64,000 bases of DNA from Bacteroidales bacterium. Lineage in GTDB: Bacteria > Bacteroidota > Bacteroidia > Bacteroidales > WCHB1-69. The stretch is from contig JAFVNW010000002.1 of assembly GCA_017506175.1 (NCBI GenBank), positions 11,636 to 75,635 of the forward strand, in the 5' to 3' direction. A program made the position numbers and the translations under genes. Position 1 is the first letter of the stretch, and every line of letters begins with the position of its first letter. The notes beneath the pieces were generated by a model that was not told where the DNA came from, made no database searches, and saw only the letters and a program-made list of their open reading frames with translations. Below, piece by piece: positions 1 to 9,223 of this stretch.

Positions 1-258
1 TCTGCCGTCAACGGTGCCGTAGCCGGTAATCACGCCATCGGTGAGTGTGTGCTCCTTGTCAAGGCCGAAGTTGGTGCAGCGGTGGGTTACAAACATGTCG
101 AACTCCTCGAAGCTGCCTTCGTCCAAGAATTTCAGGATTCGCTCTCTTGCGGTGTACTTGCCCTGGGCGTGCTGCTTTTCAATGCGTTTCTCGCCGCCGG
201 CAATGCGAGCTTTCTCTCTTAATTCCAAAAGCTCGTTGATTTTGTCTTGCATTGTCAT
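1..258 (-). CDS. Acyl-CoA carboxyltransferase subunit (methylmalonyl-CoA decarboxylase alpha / propionyl-CoA carboxylase beta family), 5' part only; runs off the window start
   Basis: Manual translation from ATG at 258: [65 protein letters not shown]...[13 protein letters not shown], the typical carboxyl transferase N-terminus. Not in the ORF track because it is truncated. Confidence 0.9.
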   Translation of the reverse strand, partial: MTMQDKINELLELREKARIAGGEKRIEKQHAQGKYTARERILKFLDEGSFEEFDMFVTHRCTNFGLDKEHTLTDGVITGYGTVDGR

Positions 259-358
259 ATTCTGTTCGGTTTATTGATTTATAATGCTGCGGATTTTGCA
301 TCCTTCAAATTCGTAAGCTATTGATTATTCAGTAATTAAAAGCATGCAAAATTTGGTT

Positions 359-366
359 GCAAATTT
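359..366 (-). promoter_or_regulatory. Bacteroidetes sigma-A -7 box (TAAATTTG) for the carboxyltransferase gene
   Basis: Reverse strand reads aaatgTAAATTTGcaacc, matching TAnnTTTG, about 100 nt upstream of the ATG. Confidence 0.55.
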
Positions 367-728
367 ACATTTTTTTCCTTATACGTCAACAGTTTTTTGC
401 TGAAAAAATATACGATTCTCTACAATCGTGAAATTGGAGGAAAAGTGGATTGATATCAGTGATGGGTGAACTGAATTATGTGGTGGACAGGGAAAGAGTC
501 GAAGTCAGCTTTCCGCCTTCAAATCAAAACCCACCAATCCTTTTAAAATTACAGATTTTTGGATTTATTCTTCAAAAAAATGAGGAATCGGCGGCAACCG
601 AATTTGTTTTTTTTTTGCTTAGATGTTTTAGTGTGTTAAAAATCAATAATTTACGTTAAAATAAAAAAATCTTTCAAATGATTGTCAATTCAAAATAAAG
701 TTCTATTTTTGCCGTCTCTAAACAAGGG

Positions 729-801
729 GTCCCAGTAGCTCAGCAGGTAGAGCACATCCCTTTTAAGGATGGGGTCCTGGGTTCGAATCCCAGCTGAGAC
801 A
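729..801 (+). tRNA. tRNA-Lys (anticodon TTT), CCA not encoded
   Basis: GTCCCAG-TAGCTCAGCAGGTAGAGCA-CATCC-CT-TTT-AA-GGATG-GGGTC-CTGGG-TTCGAAT-CCCAG-CTGAGAC-A forms a cloverleaf with D and T loops; a TATTTTTG promoter box lies at about 704-711. Confidence 0.95.
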
Positions 802-806
802 CAAAT

Positions 807-832
807 TCCCGCTATATGCGGGATTTTTTTTT
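807..832 (+). terminator. Intrinsic terminator after tRNA-Lys
   Basis: tcccgc-tatat-gcggga followed by a T9 run. Confidence 0.8.
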
Positions 833-1003
833 ACCGAGTTCCACGTTTCTGAACTTTTTGTACGCGAAAAAAACTACTGTATTTTTTGTAGCGTGTTTTT
901 GTGTTGGTGTTTTTCACATCCTTTTTGCTTGAAAAGAATCAAAGAGATGGACAACCACTATGAAGTGTGTGGTTGTGAGGCTTGTTGCCGGTGTATTTCG
1001 CCC

Positions 1004-1936
1004 TCACCTTCCGGAGTTCCGCTCCCAGAACACGCCGTCGTTGAAACCTTGTATCCCGTTGTCTTGCTCGGCTTGGAGCAGCCGCTTCGCTGCTAATAGC
1101 GCGTATTCCTCGCTGATTTCCACGCCGCAGAAATGACGCCCCAGCTTCTTCGCTGTCACGGAAGTGGTGCCGCTGCCTAAAAACGGGTCAAAAACGAGTC
1201 CGCCCTTCGGACAGGAGGCCAGAATCAACTTGGCCAACAGTTTCTCCGGCTTCTGTGTTGGATGGTCGGTGTTTTCAGGCATCGACCAGAACGGAACCGT
1301 CAGGTCGTCCCAGAAATTTGACGGGTGTGTGAGTCGGAAATTACCCTCCTGCGTCTCCTCCCAATCCTTCGGCCTGCCATTGTCCCTATAGGGGGCTATC
1401 ACCCTTCTTTTCTGCATAACCGATTCAATATCAAAATAATACGACTTTTTATCCAGGACAGCGAACCAGATGTCCTCCATTGAGTTTTTCCAATTTCGTT
1501 TTGCGCCGCGCCCCTTTTCCCGCTGCCACGTAATGCGGTTGAGCACATTGGCATTTTCGCTTAACACCTCATAAACCGCACTTGAACTTTTCCAGTCGCA
1601 GCAGACGTAGATGCTACACGTCGGCTTGCCCAGCGCAATCACTTTCGGCAGCCATTTGCGCAGATAATCCTTGTATTCCGCCTCATCCATTTCCTTGAAT
1701 TTCAATCCCGCGAAATTCTTCGCAAGGTTGTATGGCGGGTCAATCACAATCAGGTCGGCCGATTGTTTCGGCAGGAAATCGATGACTTGAAACAAATCCT
1801 GATTGATTGTTGTATCGATGATTTCCTCAATAGTGCAGGGTTTGGAAAACGTAGAAAGAAACGGGAGAAGTCCTTCGCGCTCCTTCTGCGAAATGCTCAA
1901 AGTCCTGTTTCGCCCTGCACGTTTCTTTCCAGCCAT
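1004..1936 (-). CDS. Site-specific DNA methyltransferase (N4/N6, beta class), orphan
   Basis: DPPY catalytic motif precedes HPTQKP and the DPFLGSGTT SAM-binding motif. Start placed at ATG 1936 (MAGKKRAGRNRTL), just after the mlaF stop. Confidence 0.88.
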   Translation of the reverse strand: MAGKKRAGRNRTLSISQKEREGLLPFLSTFSKPCTIEEIIDTTINQDLFQVIDFLPKQSADLIVIDPPYNLAKNFAGLKFKEMDEAEYKDYLRKWLPKVIALGKPTCSIYVCCDWKSSSAVYEVLSENANVLNRITWQREKGRGAKRNWKNSMEDIWFAVLDKKSYYFDIESVMQKRRVIAPYRDNGRPKDWEETQEGNFRLTHPSNFWDDLTVPFWSMPENTDHPTQKPEKLLAKLILASCPKGGLVFDPFLGSGTTSVTAKKLGRHFCGVEISEEYALLAAKRLLQAEQDNGIQGFNDGVFWERNSGR

Positions 1937-1950
1937 ATATTCATTTTTCC

Positions 1951-2706
1951 CTACTTCATCTTCTCTCTGATCCGTTGTGTCAGCGGTTGGGCGAAGATGA
2001 AGTCGTTGAGCTTTTCGTTGTCGGAGGTGAGGACGTTGTCCTTGTTGCCGCGCCATTCGAGGTTTCCCTGGTAGATGAAGGAGATGGTTTCGCCGATGGT
2101 GATGACGGAGTTGATGTCGTGGGTGTTGACGACGGTGGTGATGTCGAATTCGTGGGTGATATCGATGATGAGTTCGTCGATGAGGAGGGAGGTTTTGGGG
2201 TCGAGGCCGGAGTTGGGCTCGTCGCAGAAGAGGTAACGCGGTTTGCAAGCGATGGCTCGGGCGATGGCGGCGCGCTTTTTCATGCCGCCGCTCAGTTCGG
2301 CGGGGTAGAGGTGGTTGGAACCAGCCAAGTCAACGTGTTGGAGGCAGAAATTGACGCGCTCGATTTTCTCGTCGTAACTTTGGTTCGTCAGCATCGTGAG
2401 CGGGAACATCACGTTCTCCTCGATGGTCATGGAGTCGAAGAGCGCGGCCCCCTGGAACACCATGCCCATCTCTGTGCGGATTTCCTGCTTCTCCTTGGCA
2501 GTGAATTGGTTGAAATTGCGGTCGTTATACAGAATTTCGCCCTCTTCAGGGGTGAGCAACCCAATCAAACATTTCATCATCACGGTCTTACCTGATCCCG
2601 ACCGCCCGATGATGAGGTTCACCTTGCCCTGCTCAAACTGCGTGTTAATGCGCTTCAGCACTTGCCGCTCACCAAAATACTTGGAAACATTCTTGATTTC
2701 TATCAT
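1951..2706 (-). CDS. mlaF: ABC transporter ATP-binding protein, MlaF family
   Basis: Walker A GRSGSGKT, LSGGMKKR signature, CDEPNSGLDP; adjacent to an MlaE permease. Confidence 0.85.
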   Translation of the reverse strand: MIEIKNVSKYFGERQVLKRINTQFEQGKVNLIIGRSGSGKTVMMKCLIGLLTPEEGEILYNDRNFNQFTAKEKQEIRTEMGMVFQGAALFDSMTIEENVMFPLTMLTNQSYDEKIERVNFCLQHVDLAGSNHLYPAELSGGMKKRAAIARAIACKPRYLFCDEPNSGLDPKTSLLIDELIIDITHEFDITTVVNTHDINSVITIGETISFIYQGNLEWRGNKDNVLTSDNEKLNDFIFAQPLTQRIREKMK

Positions 2707-2768
2707 TGTTGAGTATTGAGTTCTTATCTGTCTGCGGACTATGTCCGTGTCTTCTACTTCTTGCTTGC

Positions 2769-3512
2769 CTATAACATTACTTGTGTAATGACGAGGTTCA
2801 GCACGAGGATGATGAAACTGGAAACTACGATGCCGTTCACGTTGGCCTTGCCGAGTTCAAGTGCGCCACCTTCAATGCGGTAGCCATAAAACGATGATAC
2901 TGTGGATAATACGAAGGCGAAGATGGTGGTTTTCGTCAAAACGTAGTAGATGTCGTACATGCGGAAGAAGGAGGTGAGGCCGTCATAAAACTCGTATGGA
3001 GAGGAGACGTGGGTGATTATGACGGTGATGTAGCCGCCGAAGAGGGCAAAGGCGATGGCGATGATGATGAGAATGGGGATGGTGATGAGGGCGGCAATGA
3101 TTTTGGGAAGGATGAGATGAGAGGCGGCGTTGATGCCCATGACTTCCAGTGCATCAATCTGTTCAGTAACGCGCATGCTTCCGATTTCGGAGGTGATGCG
3201 CGAGCCCAAGTTGCCTACCAGCAGCAGCGTGATGATGGTGGGACATAGCTCCATTACGACTGAGGTGCGGACGGTGAAACCCAGCGTCCATTTCGGGATC
3301 CATGGACTTTCAATTTGCAGCGCCGTTTGCGTGGTGATGACGCTGCCCATGCATACCGCCACGATGCAGACAATCAGCAGGGAGCCCACGCCCATTGAGT
3401 TCATCTCGTCAATTAACTTGCGGAAGAACTCCGACCATTTGGCGGGCTTTGAGAATACTTTTTTCAGGAAGAGGAAGTATTCTCCGATGATTTCTAATGC
3501 TTTCTTTAACAT
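2769..3512 (-). CDS. mlaE: ABC transporter permease, MlaE family
   Basis: SEIGSMRVTEQIDALEVMG motif and multiple TM helices. Confidence 0.88.
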   Translation of the reverse strand: MLKKALEIIGEYFLFLKKVFSKPAKWSEFFRKLIDEMNSMGVGSLLIVCIVAVCMGSVITTQTALQIESPWIPKWTLGFTVRTSVVMELCPTIITLLLVGNLGSRITSEIGSMRVTEQIDALEVMGINAASHLILPKIIAALITIPILIIIAIAFALFGGYITVIITHVSSPYEFYDGLTSFFRMYDIYYVLTKTTIFAFVLSTVSSFYGYRIEGGALELGKANVNGIVVSSFIILVLNLVITQVML

Positions 3513-3563
3513 TTTTTATGTGATTAGTGGATTGTGATGAGTGATTTGAGAGGGATGAGCGGT

Positions 3564-4592
3564 TTATGAGAACAAATCCGGTTGTTGTTCAGAAAAGCGA
3601 ACTTTTCCCAGATGTTTGTAAGCCAAATCAGTGGCTTCGCGGCCGCGCGGAGTACGCATCAGATAGCCCTCTTGGATGAGGAATGGCTCGTACACCTCCT
3701 CAATGGTTCCGGAATCCTCGCCAACGGAGGTGGCGATGGTGGTGAGTCCGACTGGGCCGCCCTTGAATTTGTCGATGATGGTGGTGAGAATACGATTGTC
3801 CATCTCGTCGAGGCCGTGCTTGTCCACGTTCAGTGCGGAGAGGGCCACTTGGGTGATGTCGTAGTTGATGGTTCCATCGCCTTTGATTTGGGCGAAGTCG
3901 CGCACGCGGCGGAGCAATAGGTTGGCGATACGTGGGGTGCCGCGGCTGCGGCGGGCGATCTCAAGCGCGGCATTGTCGTTCAGGTCGATCTTGAGGATAG
4001 AGGCGGAGCGTTTGAGGATGCGCGACAGCGTGGGTGCATCGTAGTATTGGAGCCGCAGGTTGATGCCGAAGCGAGAGCGCAAAGGTGCTGTTAGTAGACC
4101 GCTGCGTGTGGTGGCTCCAACCAGCGTGAACGGGTTCAGGGCAATCTGCACGCTGCGGGCGCTCGGCCCCGACTCGATCATGATGTCGATTTTATAATCT
4201 TCCATCGCCGAATAGAGGTACTCCTCCACCACCGGCGACAAACGGTGAATCTCATCGATGAAGAGCACATCGTTGGGTTCCAGATTGGTGAGCAGGCCTG
4301 CTAATTCTCCGGGCTTGTCGATGACCGGTCCCGAAGTGACGCGCATGTTCACGCCCATCTCGTTGGCGATGATGTGCGAGAGCGTGGTCTTGCCCAAACC
4401 TGGTGGCCCGTGCAAAAGCACGTGGTCCAGCGCTTCCTTGCGCGCCTTTGCCGCCTGAACGAATACCATGATGTTCTCAATCACCTTCTCCTGTCCGTAG
4501 AAATTATGGAAATCCGCGGGACGGATGGCTCTTTCGAACTCCTTCTCGGCTGCCGAAAGCCGCTTTTTCGACGGGTTGAGGTTGTCGTTCAT
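3564..4592 (-). CDS. ruvB: Holliday junction branch migration helicase RuvB
   Basis: [32 protein letters not shown], [16 protein letters not shown], EPFLIQEG...RTPRGR. Confidence 0.98.
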   Translation of the reverse strand: MNDNLNPSKKRLSAAEKEFERAIRPADFHNFYGQEKVIENIMVFVQAAKARKEALDHVLLHGPPGLGKTTLSHIIANEMGVNMRVTSGPVIDKPGELAGLLTNLEPNDVLFIDEIHRLSPVVEEYLYSAMEDYKIDIMIESGPSARSVQIALNPFTLVGATTRSGLLTAPLRSRFGINLRLQYYDAPTLSRILKRSASILKIDLNDNAALEIARRSRGTPRIANLLLRRVRDFAQIKGDGTINYDITQVALSALNVDKHGLDEMDNRILTTIIDKFKGGPVGLTTIATSVGEDSGTIEEVYEPFLIQEGYLMRTPRGREATDLAYKHLGKVRFSEQQPDLFS

Positions 4593-4609
4593 ATATTTTA
4601 TCCTATTTC

Positions 4610-5812
4610 TTAATCAGAATTCTTATCCAAGTCCCAGTATTTCACCCATTTGAAGTCCCCATCGCTGAAATCCTCCTGTGAGCCATTGTAAGATGGATTG
4701 GCAATGTACCATTGGGTGGATTCAAAAAACATCTGAAGTTTCTTGTCTTTGAAAACATATCCTCGGTAAGCCCACGGTAGATTCCGCATGATTCTTCGGG
4801 TGTAGTCGGAACAACGTTGGGGGATTTTTTCGGCAGCCTTGGGATTCTCTGACCAAATTTCGAGCATCTGAGGCATATTCTCAAGCTGGTAATGATATTG
4901 CTTGGCCGCATAATTCTGGAGAGCGCGATCCAAACGACCATTTTTGTTGACCACCCCCAGAAGGTCGAAAATACAGGTCCGATGTTCTACGGTGAGTTCC
5001 CCATTCGGATGGAAGTTTTTTTTGTGGAAAGAAACACCATTTGAGACGATATGGAAAACGGCATACTTTTCTGTCGAATCCCGCGGGGCCACAAAGAGGT
5101 CTTCTTCTATGCGCCCTTGTCCAGTCAGATGCCATTCATCGGCACTTTCAAAAAAAGTGGCCGGTATCTGGAAACTCATTGGTTCTTCAGAATCAACCAT
5201 ATCAATATTCAAGGTAAAGTCGTCAATCTGATGATTGGCCCAACGGTTGGCTGCTGTCAAGGTATAGAATATCTGTATGGGGAAGGCAATGTTCATAGAA
5301 ACTTTGTATCTGTACTGGTGATGAATGGTGTTCACGCCGGGTTGGAATTCCGCCGTGAAGTAATAGACGTATTGGCCGTTAATACTTCCGATTGAGTGTA
5401 TTAGTTCCTCATCACTTGTGTCGGCGTAGATAAACTTCCCATTTTGGTAATAAATGCTATCATTTCTGACAAGTGCCACTTTGTAGGGCAGCTCTTTCCC
5501 GTTCAAATTGACAGTAAAATCAGAGATGAAGGGATGACTGTTGCGGTAGTCCGAAAAGTTGGCATTGTAGGGGGAAGGGGCTTCAAAGCCCACCAGCAGG
5601 GTTTTCGCTTTTGTGGGGTTGAAAAACTCGTAATTGACATCTATGATGGCGTAGTCGCCCTGACGGACGATACTCAGCACTTCTTTTTTCACGGAAATGT
5701 CCGTCTCCACAATGGGGATAAGCTGGTTGCCGGCGGCGTAAAAAACACCGTCGTTGGCACTTGCCGAAAGTGCCCAAGCAGCCAGAAATATCATAGTGAA
5801 GAGCTTTTTCAT
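4610..5812 (-). CDS. Secreted DUF4424-like / YARHG-domain protein
   Basis: Signal peptide followed by ANDGVF; C-terminal [30 protein letters not shown] resembles a YARHG domain. Confidence 0.7.
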   Translation of the reverse strand: MKKLFTMIFLAAWALSASANDGVFYAAGNQLIPIVETDISVKKEVLSIVRQGDYAIIDVNYEFFNPTKAKTLLVGFEAPSPYNANFSDYRNSHPFISDFTVNLNGKELPYKVALVRNDSIYYQNGKFIYADTSDEELIHSIGSINGQYVYYFTAEFQPGVNTIHHQYRYKVSMNIAFPIQIFYTLTAANRWANHQIDDFTLNIDMVDSEEPMSFQIPATFFESADEWHLTGQGRIEEDLFVAPRDSTEKYAVFHIVSNGVSFHKKNFHPNGELTVEHRTCIFDLLGVVNKNGRLDRALQNYAAKQYHYQLENMPQMLEIWSENPKAAEKIPQRCSDYTRRIMRNLPWAYRGYVFKDKKLQMFFESTQWYIANPSYNGSQEDFSDGDFKWVKYWDLDKNSD

Positions 5813-5823
5813 GTGTTCTGTTA

Positions 5824-6045
5824 TTATTCTGATTCGATTTTATATCCGTATTCTATAAGTAATTCATCTGCAAGATATTCGTCACTGAAACAATGCATAT
5901 CCGCGACACCATTACTTATGAGGTCGTATGTTTGGGAATCGTAAAACTTGCCCAATGCTTCTTCGTATGACAATCCTGTTCGCTCGGCAAATAGTTTTAC
6001 AATGCGGGCATATTTCTTTTGTAAAAGTATAGGATTCGCTTGCAT
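5824..6045 (-). CDS. DUF3791-family small protein
   Basis: LLQKKYARIV...EALGKFYDSQTY...MHCFSDEYLADEL pattern; neighbour of DUF3990. Confidence 0.7.
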   Translation of the reverse strand: MQANPILLQKKYARIVKLFAERTGLSYEEALGKFYDSQTYDLISNGVADMHCFSDEYLADELLIEYGYKIESE

Positions 6046-6047
6046 AC

Positions 6048-6350
6048 TTACAATTTTTTAGATGATTGGAAATGCAGGTATTTGTCAAGAGTTTCTTGAG
6101 AAGTTATACAAATCTGATGATTAGGCTTTTTGAATTGCAATTGATCAAGAGCTTGTTCGCGAGTATAGATACCTGAAAAATACAAATCAACAGTATCAAA
6201 CACTTGATCATCAGCGATACCGCCTTCAATAATATCATAATCTTTGTGTGGCAATCCTTTACGGCACGCTTTTCCAAAATCAAGTCTTGGACGGGAATGC
6301 AATAGGTCAGGTTTGCGGATTTCTAAGGTTGATGTGTGGTATAGAATCAT
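6048..6350 (-). pseudogene. DUF3990-family protein with an apparent internal in-frame deletion
   Basis: N-terminus MILYHTS...PDLLHSRPRLDFGK is joined directly to ACRKG...YDIIEGGIADDQVF...NHQICI. The GFY...WLDF segment usual in this family is absent, leaving 100 aa. Confidence 0.65.
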
Positions 6351-6562
6351 GACAAAACCCCTTTCTTTTGCATAAATGAAATCAAGTCCTCTACAATATA
6401 TTCTTTTGAAAATGTGTGCAAAACATCATAACAGGGAACGATATAGCCATTAATAATGTTGGCATCTTGCATCAGATGATACACCTCTTTCGCACTCTTA
6501 TTAAGCTGGGAAGCCACATTGTTCACACAGAATATTGTAAAGTTTAAACTATTGAAATCCAT
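6347..6562 (-). CDS. DUF3791-family small protein
   Basis: FTIFCVNNVA...YIVPCYDVLHTFSKEYIVEDL pattern; ATGA overlap with the DUF3990 gene. Confidence 0.75.
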   Translation of the reverse strand: MDFNSLNFTIFCVNNVASQLNKSAKEVYHLMQDANIINGYIVPCYDVLHTFSKEYIVEDLISFMQKKGVLS

Positions 6563-6613
6563 ACAATGGTCATTTTATTGAAGAATAAGAATAGTTTTCA
6601 TCCATATATATAT

Positions 6614-7417
6614 TTATAGTTTACTTTTTTCCCCCTCTTTTTCATTGAGGAAGATGTCCTTGAGCATGGTTTCGAGTACAACGGGGGAGATGCCGACGGT
6701 GATGTTCCCATTTTGGCAGAGGGAGATTTTGCCGGTTTGTTCCGAAACGACCACGACGATGGCGTCGGAGAGGACGGTGGCGCCGATGGCGGAGCGGTGG
6801 CGCAGGCCGAGGTCGGGCGAGATGTCCTCGCGGTCGGAAACGGGCAGGATGCAGCGTGCCGCCATAATGCGATGGTGCTTGATAATCAGCGCTCCATCGT
6901 GCAACGGGCTGTTCTTAAAGAAGATGTTCTCAATCAACTCGCGCGAGATGACGGCATCGAGGCGCTCGCCGGTGGCGATGGTCTCGTCCAAGGGCGTGTC
7001 TTTCTCGAAAACAATGAGCGCACCGGTCTTGGAATCCGACATGCGCCGGCAGGCACGAACCACAAGGTTGATTTCGGCATCGTTGACCTGAAAGCTGCCC
7101 TGCTTCTTGTGAAAACGCCCGCTGAACAGTTTAATCAAGCGCGTGTTGCCGAGCAGAAGGAGGAATTTGCGGATTTCCGGCTGGAAAACCACAATCAGCG
7201 CAATCACACCCACGCTAATCACTTGGCCGAGAATGGCACTCACCAGATTCAGATGGGCTGCACTCAGCAGTTTCCAAGCCAAAAACAGGATGACAATCGT
7301 CCAGAAAATGCGGATGGCCGCCGTACCCCTCAACAATTTGAACAATTGGTACAAGATGACGGCAAATATCAGAATGTCAATTACATCCGCAATTCCAAAT
7401 GACAGAAAATCAAGCAT
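6614..7417 (-). CDS. cdaA: Diadenylate cyclase CdaA (DacA)
   Basis: Three N-terminal TM helices, FQPEIR, SPLHDGA and GLRHRSA DAC motifs. Confidence 0.95.
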   Translation of the reverse strand: MLDFLSFGIADVIDILIFAVILYQLFKLLRGTAAIRIFWTIVILFLAWKLLSAAHLNLVSAILGQVISVGVIALIVVFQPEIRKFLLLLGNTRLIKLFSGRFHKKQGSFQVNDAEINLVVRACRRMSDSKTGALIVFEKDTPLDETIATGERLDAVISRELIENIFFKNSPLHDGALIIKHHRIMAARCILPVSDREDISPDLGLRHRSAIGATVLSDAIVVVVSEQTGKISLCQNGNITVGISPVVLETMLKDIFLNEKEGEKSKL

Positions 7418-7431
7418 CTTTTATCCGTGTT

Positions 7432-7896
7432 TTATCTTAAACGGTCGGCGGCGCGAACCTTGGCCTCGTCTTTCTTGATGAATTTGTTGGCAAAAAACAA
7501 GCAGACGGCGGGGATCAGCGAAAGCAGGATCCAGCGGTTGAAAACGACATCGGTGTTGAATACCATATTCGGATAGATGAACAGCATGGTCACGAGGGCG
7601 GCCAGCATCACCAGCATATTCACGCCGTTCAGGCGGATTTGCCGTTGGCGGTTTTTATACATGAAGATGGTGATCATGGAAAGCACGGCTGAAACAATCC
7701 AAAGCACGGCAATCCAGTATGTGTAGTGGAGCACCTTCCCCGTTGAGGGAATCGAAAGGGAGAAAGCGGTGTACTCGGAAACCATCTGGGGAAGACCGGG
7801 TTCGGCATAGCTAATCGTTCCGATGGTGAAAAAGTTGATGGCAATGGAGATGGCTGCGGCAATAAGCAGAAGCAGTGATTGAATTCTTTGGATCAT
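7432..7896 (-). CDS. DUF4293-family membrane protein
   Basis: MIQRIQSLLLL N-terminus, IFMYKNRQRQ, C-terminal IKKDEAKVRAADRLR. Confidence 0.85.
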   Translation of the reverse strand: MIQRIQSLLLLIAAAISIAINFFTIGTISYAEPGLPQMVSEYTAFSLSIPSTGKVLHYTYWIAVLWIVSAVLSMITIFMYKNRQRQIRLNGVNMLVMLAALVTMLFIYPNMVFNTDVVFNRWILLSLIPAVCLFFANKFIKKDEAKVRAADRLR

Positions 7897-8069
7897 AAAA
7901 TATAGTTAATTGATTGATAGATAGTTTCTTAAATCTGAATACCCAATTGGGATTCTTGTGTGCAAAAATACATTTTTTTTGTTGAAACGTTGATTGGTTG
8001 ATGAGTTATCTGTGAACTCAGCTGGGGAGATGTCCAGTCATGTAAATCCGCGTCCTCGTAGTCCTTACC

Positions 8070-8474
8070 TCAGTGGTGCCCGCATCCGCCGCATCCGCCA
8101 GAATGCCCGCATCCACCCGCTTTGGAGGAGGTGCAGCATGAGGGAAGTTTGGCGCGTGCTGCAGCATCCGCCTTCACGTTGTCGGCATTGTAACCCAGCT
8201 TGCTGATGGAAGTGCGCAGTTGCGTGGGCGAGGTCTTCGCTGCATCGTAAGTGACTGTGAGTTTGGCGGTTCCTACATCATACGTGCAGCTTTTCACTCC
8301 CATCCATTGAGGAACATTGTCCATCATCCGTTTTTTACACTGTTCGCAAACCCCATTGGTTTGAATTGTAATTGTTTGATAATCTTTTGATTGCGCTTTC
8401 TGCTGCGTTTTTTGTTGCGCACTGAGCGAGAAAGAGGTGGACAACAGAACCAGAATAAAAAGTATTTTTTTCAT
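8070..8474 (-). CDS. Exported heavy-metal-associated (HMA) domain protein
   Basis: Signal peptide, GVCEQC (CxxC), LPSCC and a Cys/Gly/His tail. Confidence 0.8.
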   Translation of the reverse strand: MKKILFILVLLSTSFSLSAQQKTQQKAQSKDYQTITIQTNGVCEQCKKRMMDNVPQWMGVKSCTYDVGTAKLTVTYDAAKTSPTQLRTSISKLGYNADNVKADAAARAKLPSCCTSSKAGGCGHSGGCGGCGHH

Positions 8475-8615
8475 ATCTTGATTTAAGGCTGCAAAAATAC
8501 ACTTTTCTACCGAATTTTTTTGCTGAATTAGGCAACAAAATCAGATTGCATTCGTAAAGAAAAGCATGCTGTCGTTTTCTCAGCCCACACAGCACTATCA
8601 CATAAATAGATGATT

Positions 8616-9149
8616 ATGGAAAAAATAGCGCTCACAGGAGGCATCGGAACAGGCAAGACTTTCATCTCCAAGCAGTTCATTCAGCAAGGGATTCCTGTTT
8701 TTTATGCAGATGACGAGGCAAAGAAACTGTACGACAGCCCACAATTTCTAACTCTGTTGCGGAAGTCTTTCGGAGATGCCATTTTTGATGGTGAAGTGTT
8801 GAATACCAAGAAGTTGTCTTCGCTTGTGTTTAATGATGGAAATGCGTTGAAAAAATTAGAGGCGATTATCCATCCGTTGGTGATGGATGCGTTTGAAGCT
8901 TGGGCGCGCGCACAGGGCTCCGACAAGGTGATGATGGAATCGGCCATCATCTTCGAGGCACATCTGGCCCATTACTTCGACAAGGTCATCGTTGTCAACG
9001 CCTCGCTGCCGGTTCGTATCCGGCGCATCAAGCAACGCAACCCCGAAATGTCGGAAACCGAGATTCTCGCCCGCATCAACGCGCAGATGTCGCAGGAAGA
9101 GAAATGCCGCCTCGCCGACGAGGTCATAGAACATGACATCGACCTCTGA
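8616..9149 (+). CDS. coaE: Dephospho-CoA kinase
   Basis: IALTGGIGTGKT, LEAIIHPLV, ESAIIFE, RINAQMS. Confidence 0.95.
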   Translation: MEKIALTGGIGTGKTFISKQFIQQGIPVFYADDEAKKLYDSPQFLTLLRKSFGDAIFDGEVLNTKKLSSLVFNDGNALKKLEAIIHPLVMDAFEAWARAQGSDKVMMESAIIFEAHLAHYFDKVIVVNASLPVRIRRIKQRNPEMSETEILARINAQMSQEEKCRLADEVIEHDIDL

Positions 9150-9223
9150 CACACAATGTTAAAGTCAATATCTTTTTGTACTTTTGCAGTCGCAAATTTG
9201 CAGTCTTAACATCGTTTATTTCT

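Noticed and set aside
497-505. gtcgaagt, complementary to part of the 28.5-kb motif
   Set aside because: An 8-nt match is expected by chance in 64 kb.
729-801. tRNA-Lys as an integration site; C4-A69 acceptor-stem mismatch
   Set aside because: I saw no duplicated tRNA 3' end and no integrase in the window. A single acceptor mismatch is tolerated in many tRNAs.
1937-2248. 103-aa N-terminal extension of the methyltransferase in the ORF track
   Set aside because: It overlaps mlaF in another frame and is His/Arg-rich shadow sequence; the real start is most likely ATG 1936.
1951-3512. mlaE-mlaF without mlaD
   Set aside because: Split mla loci are ordinary in Bacteroidetes.
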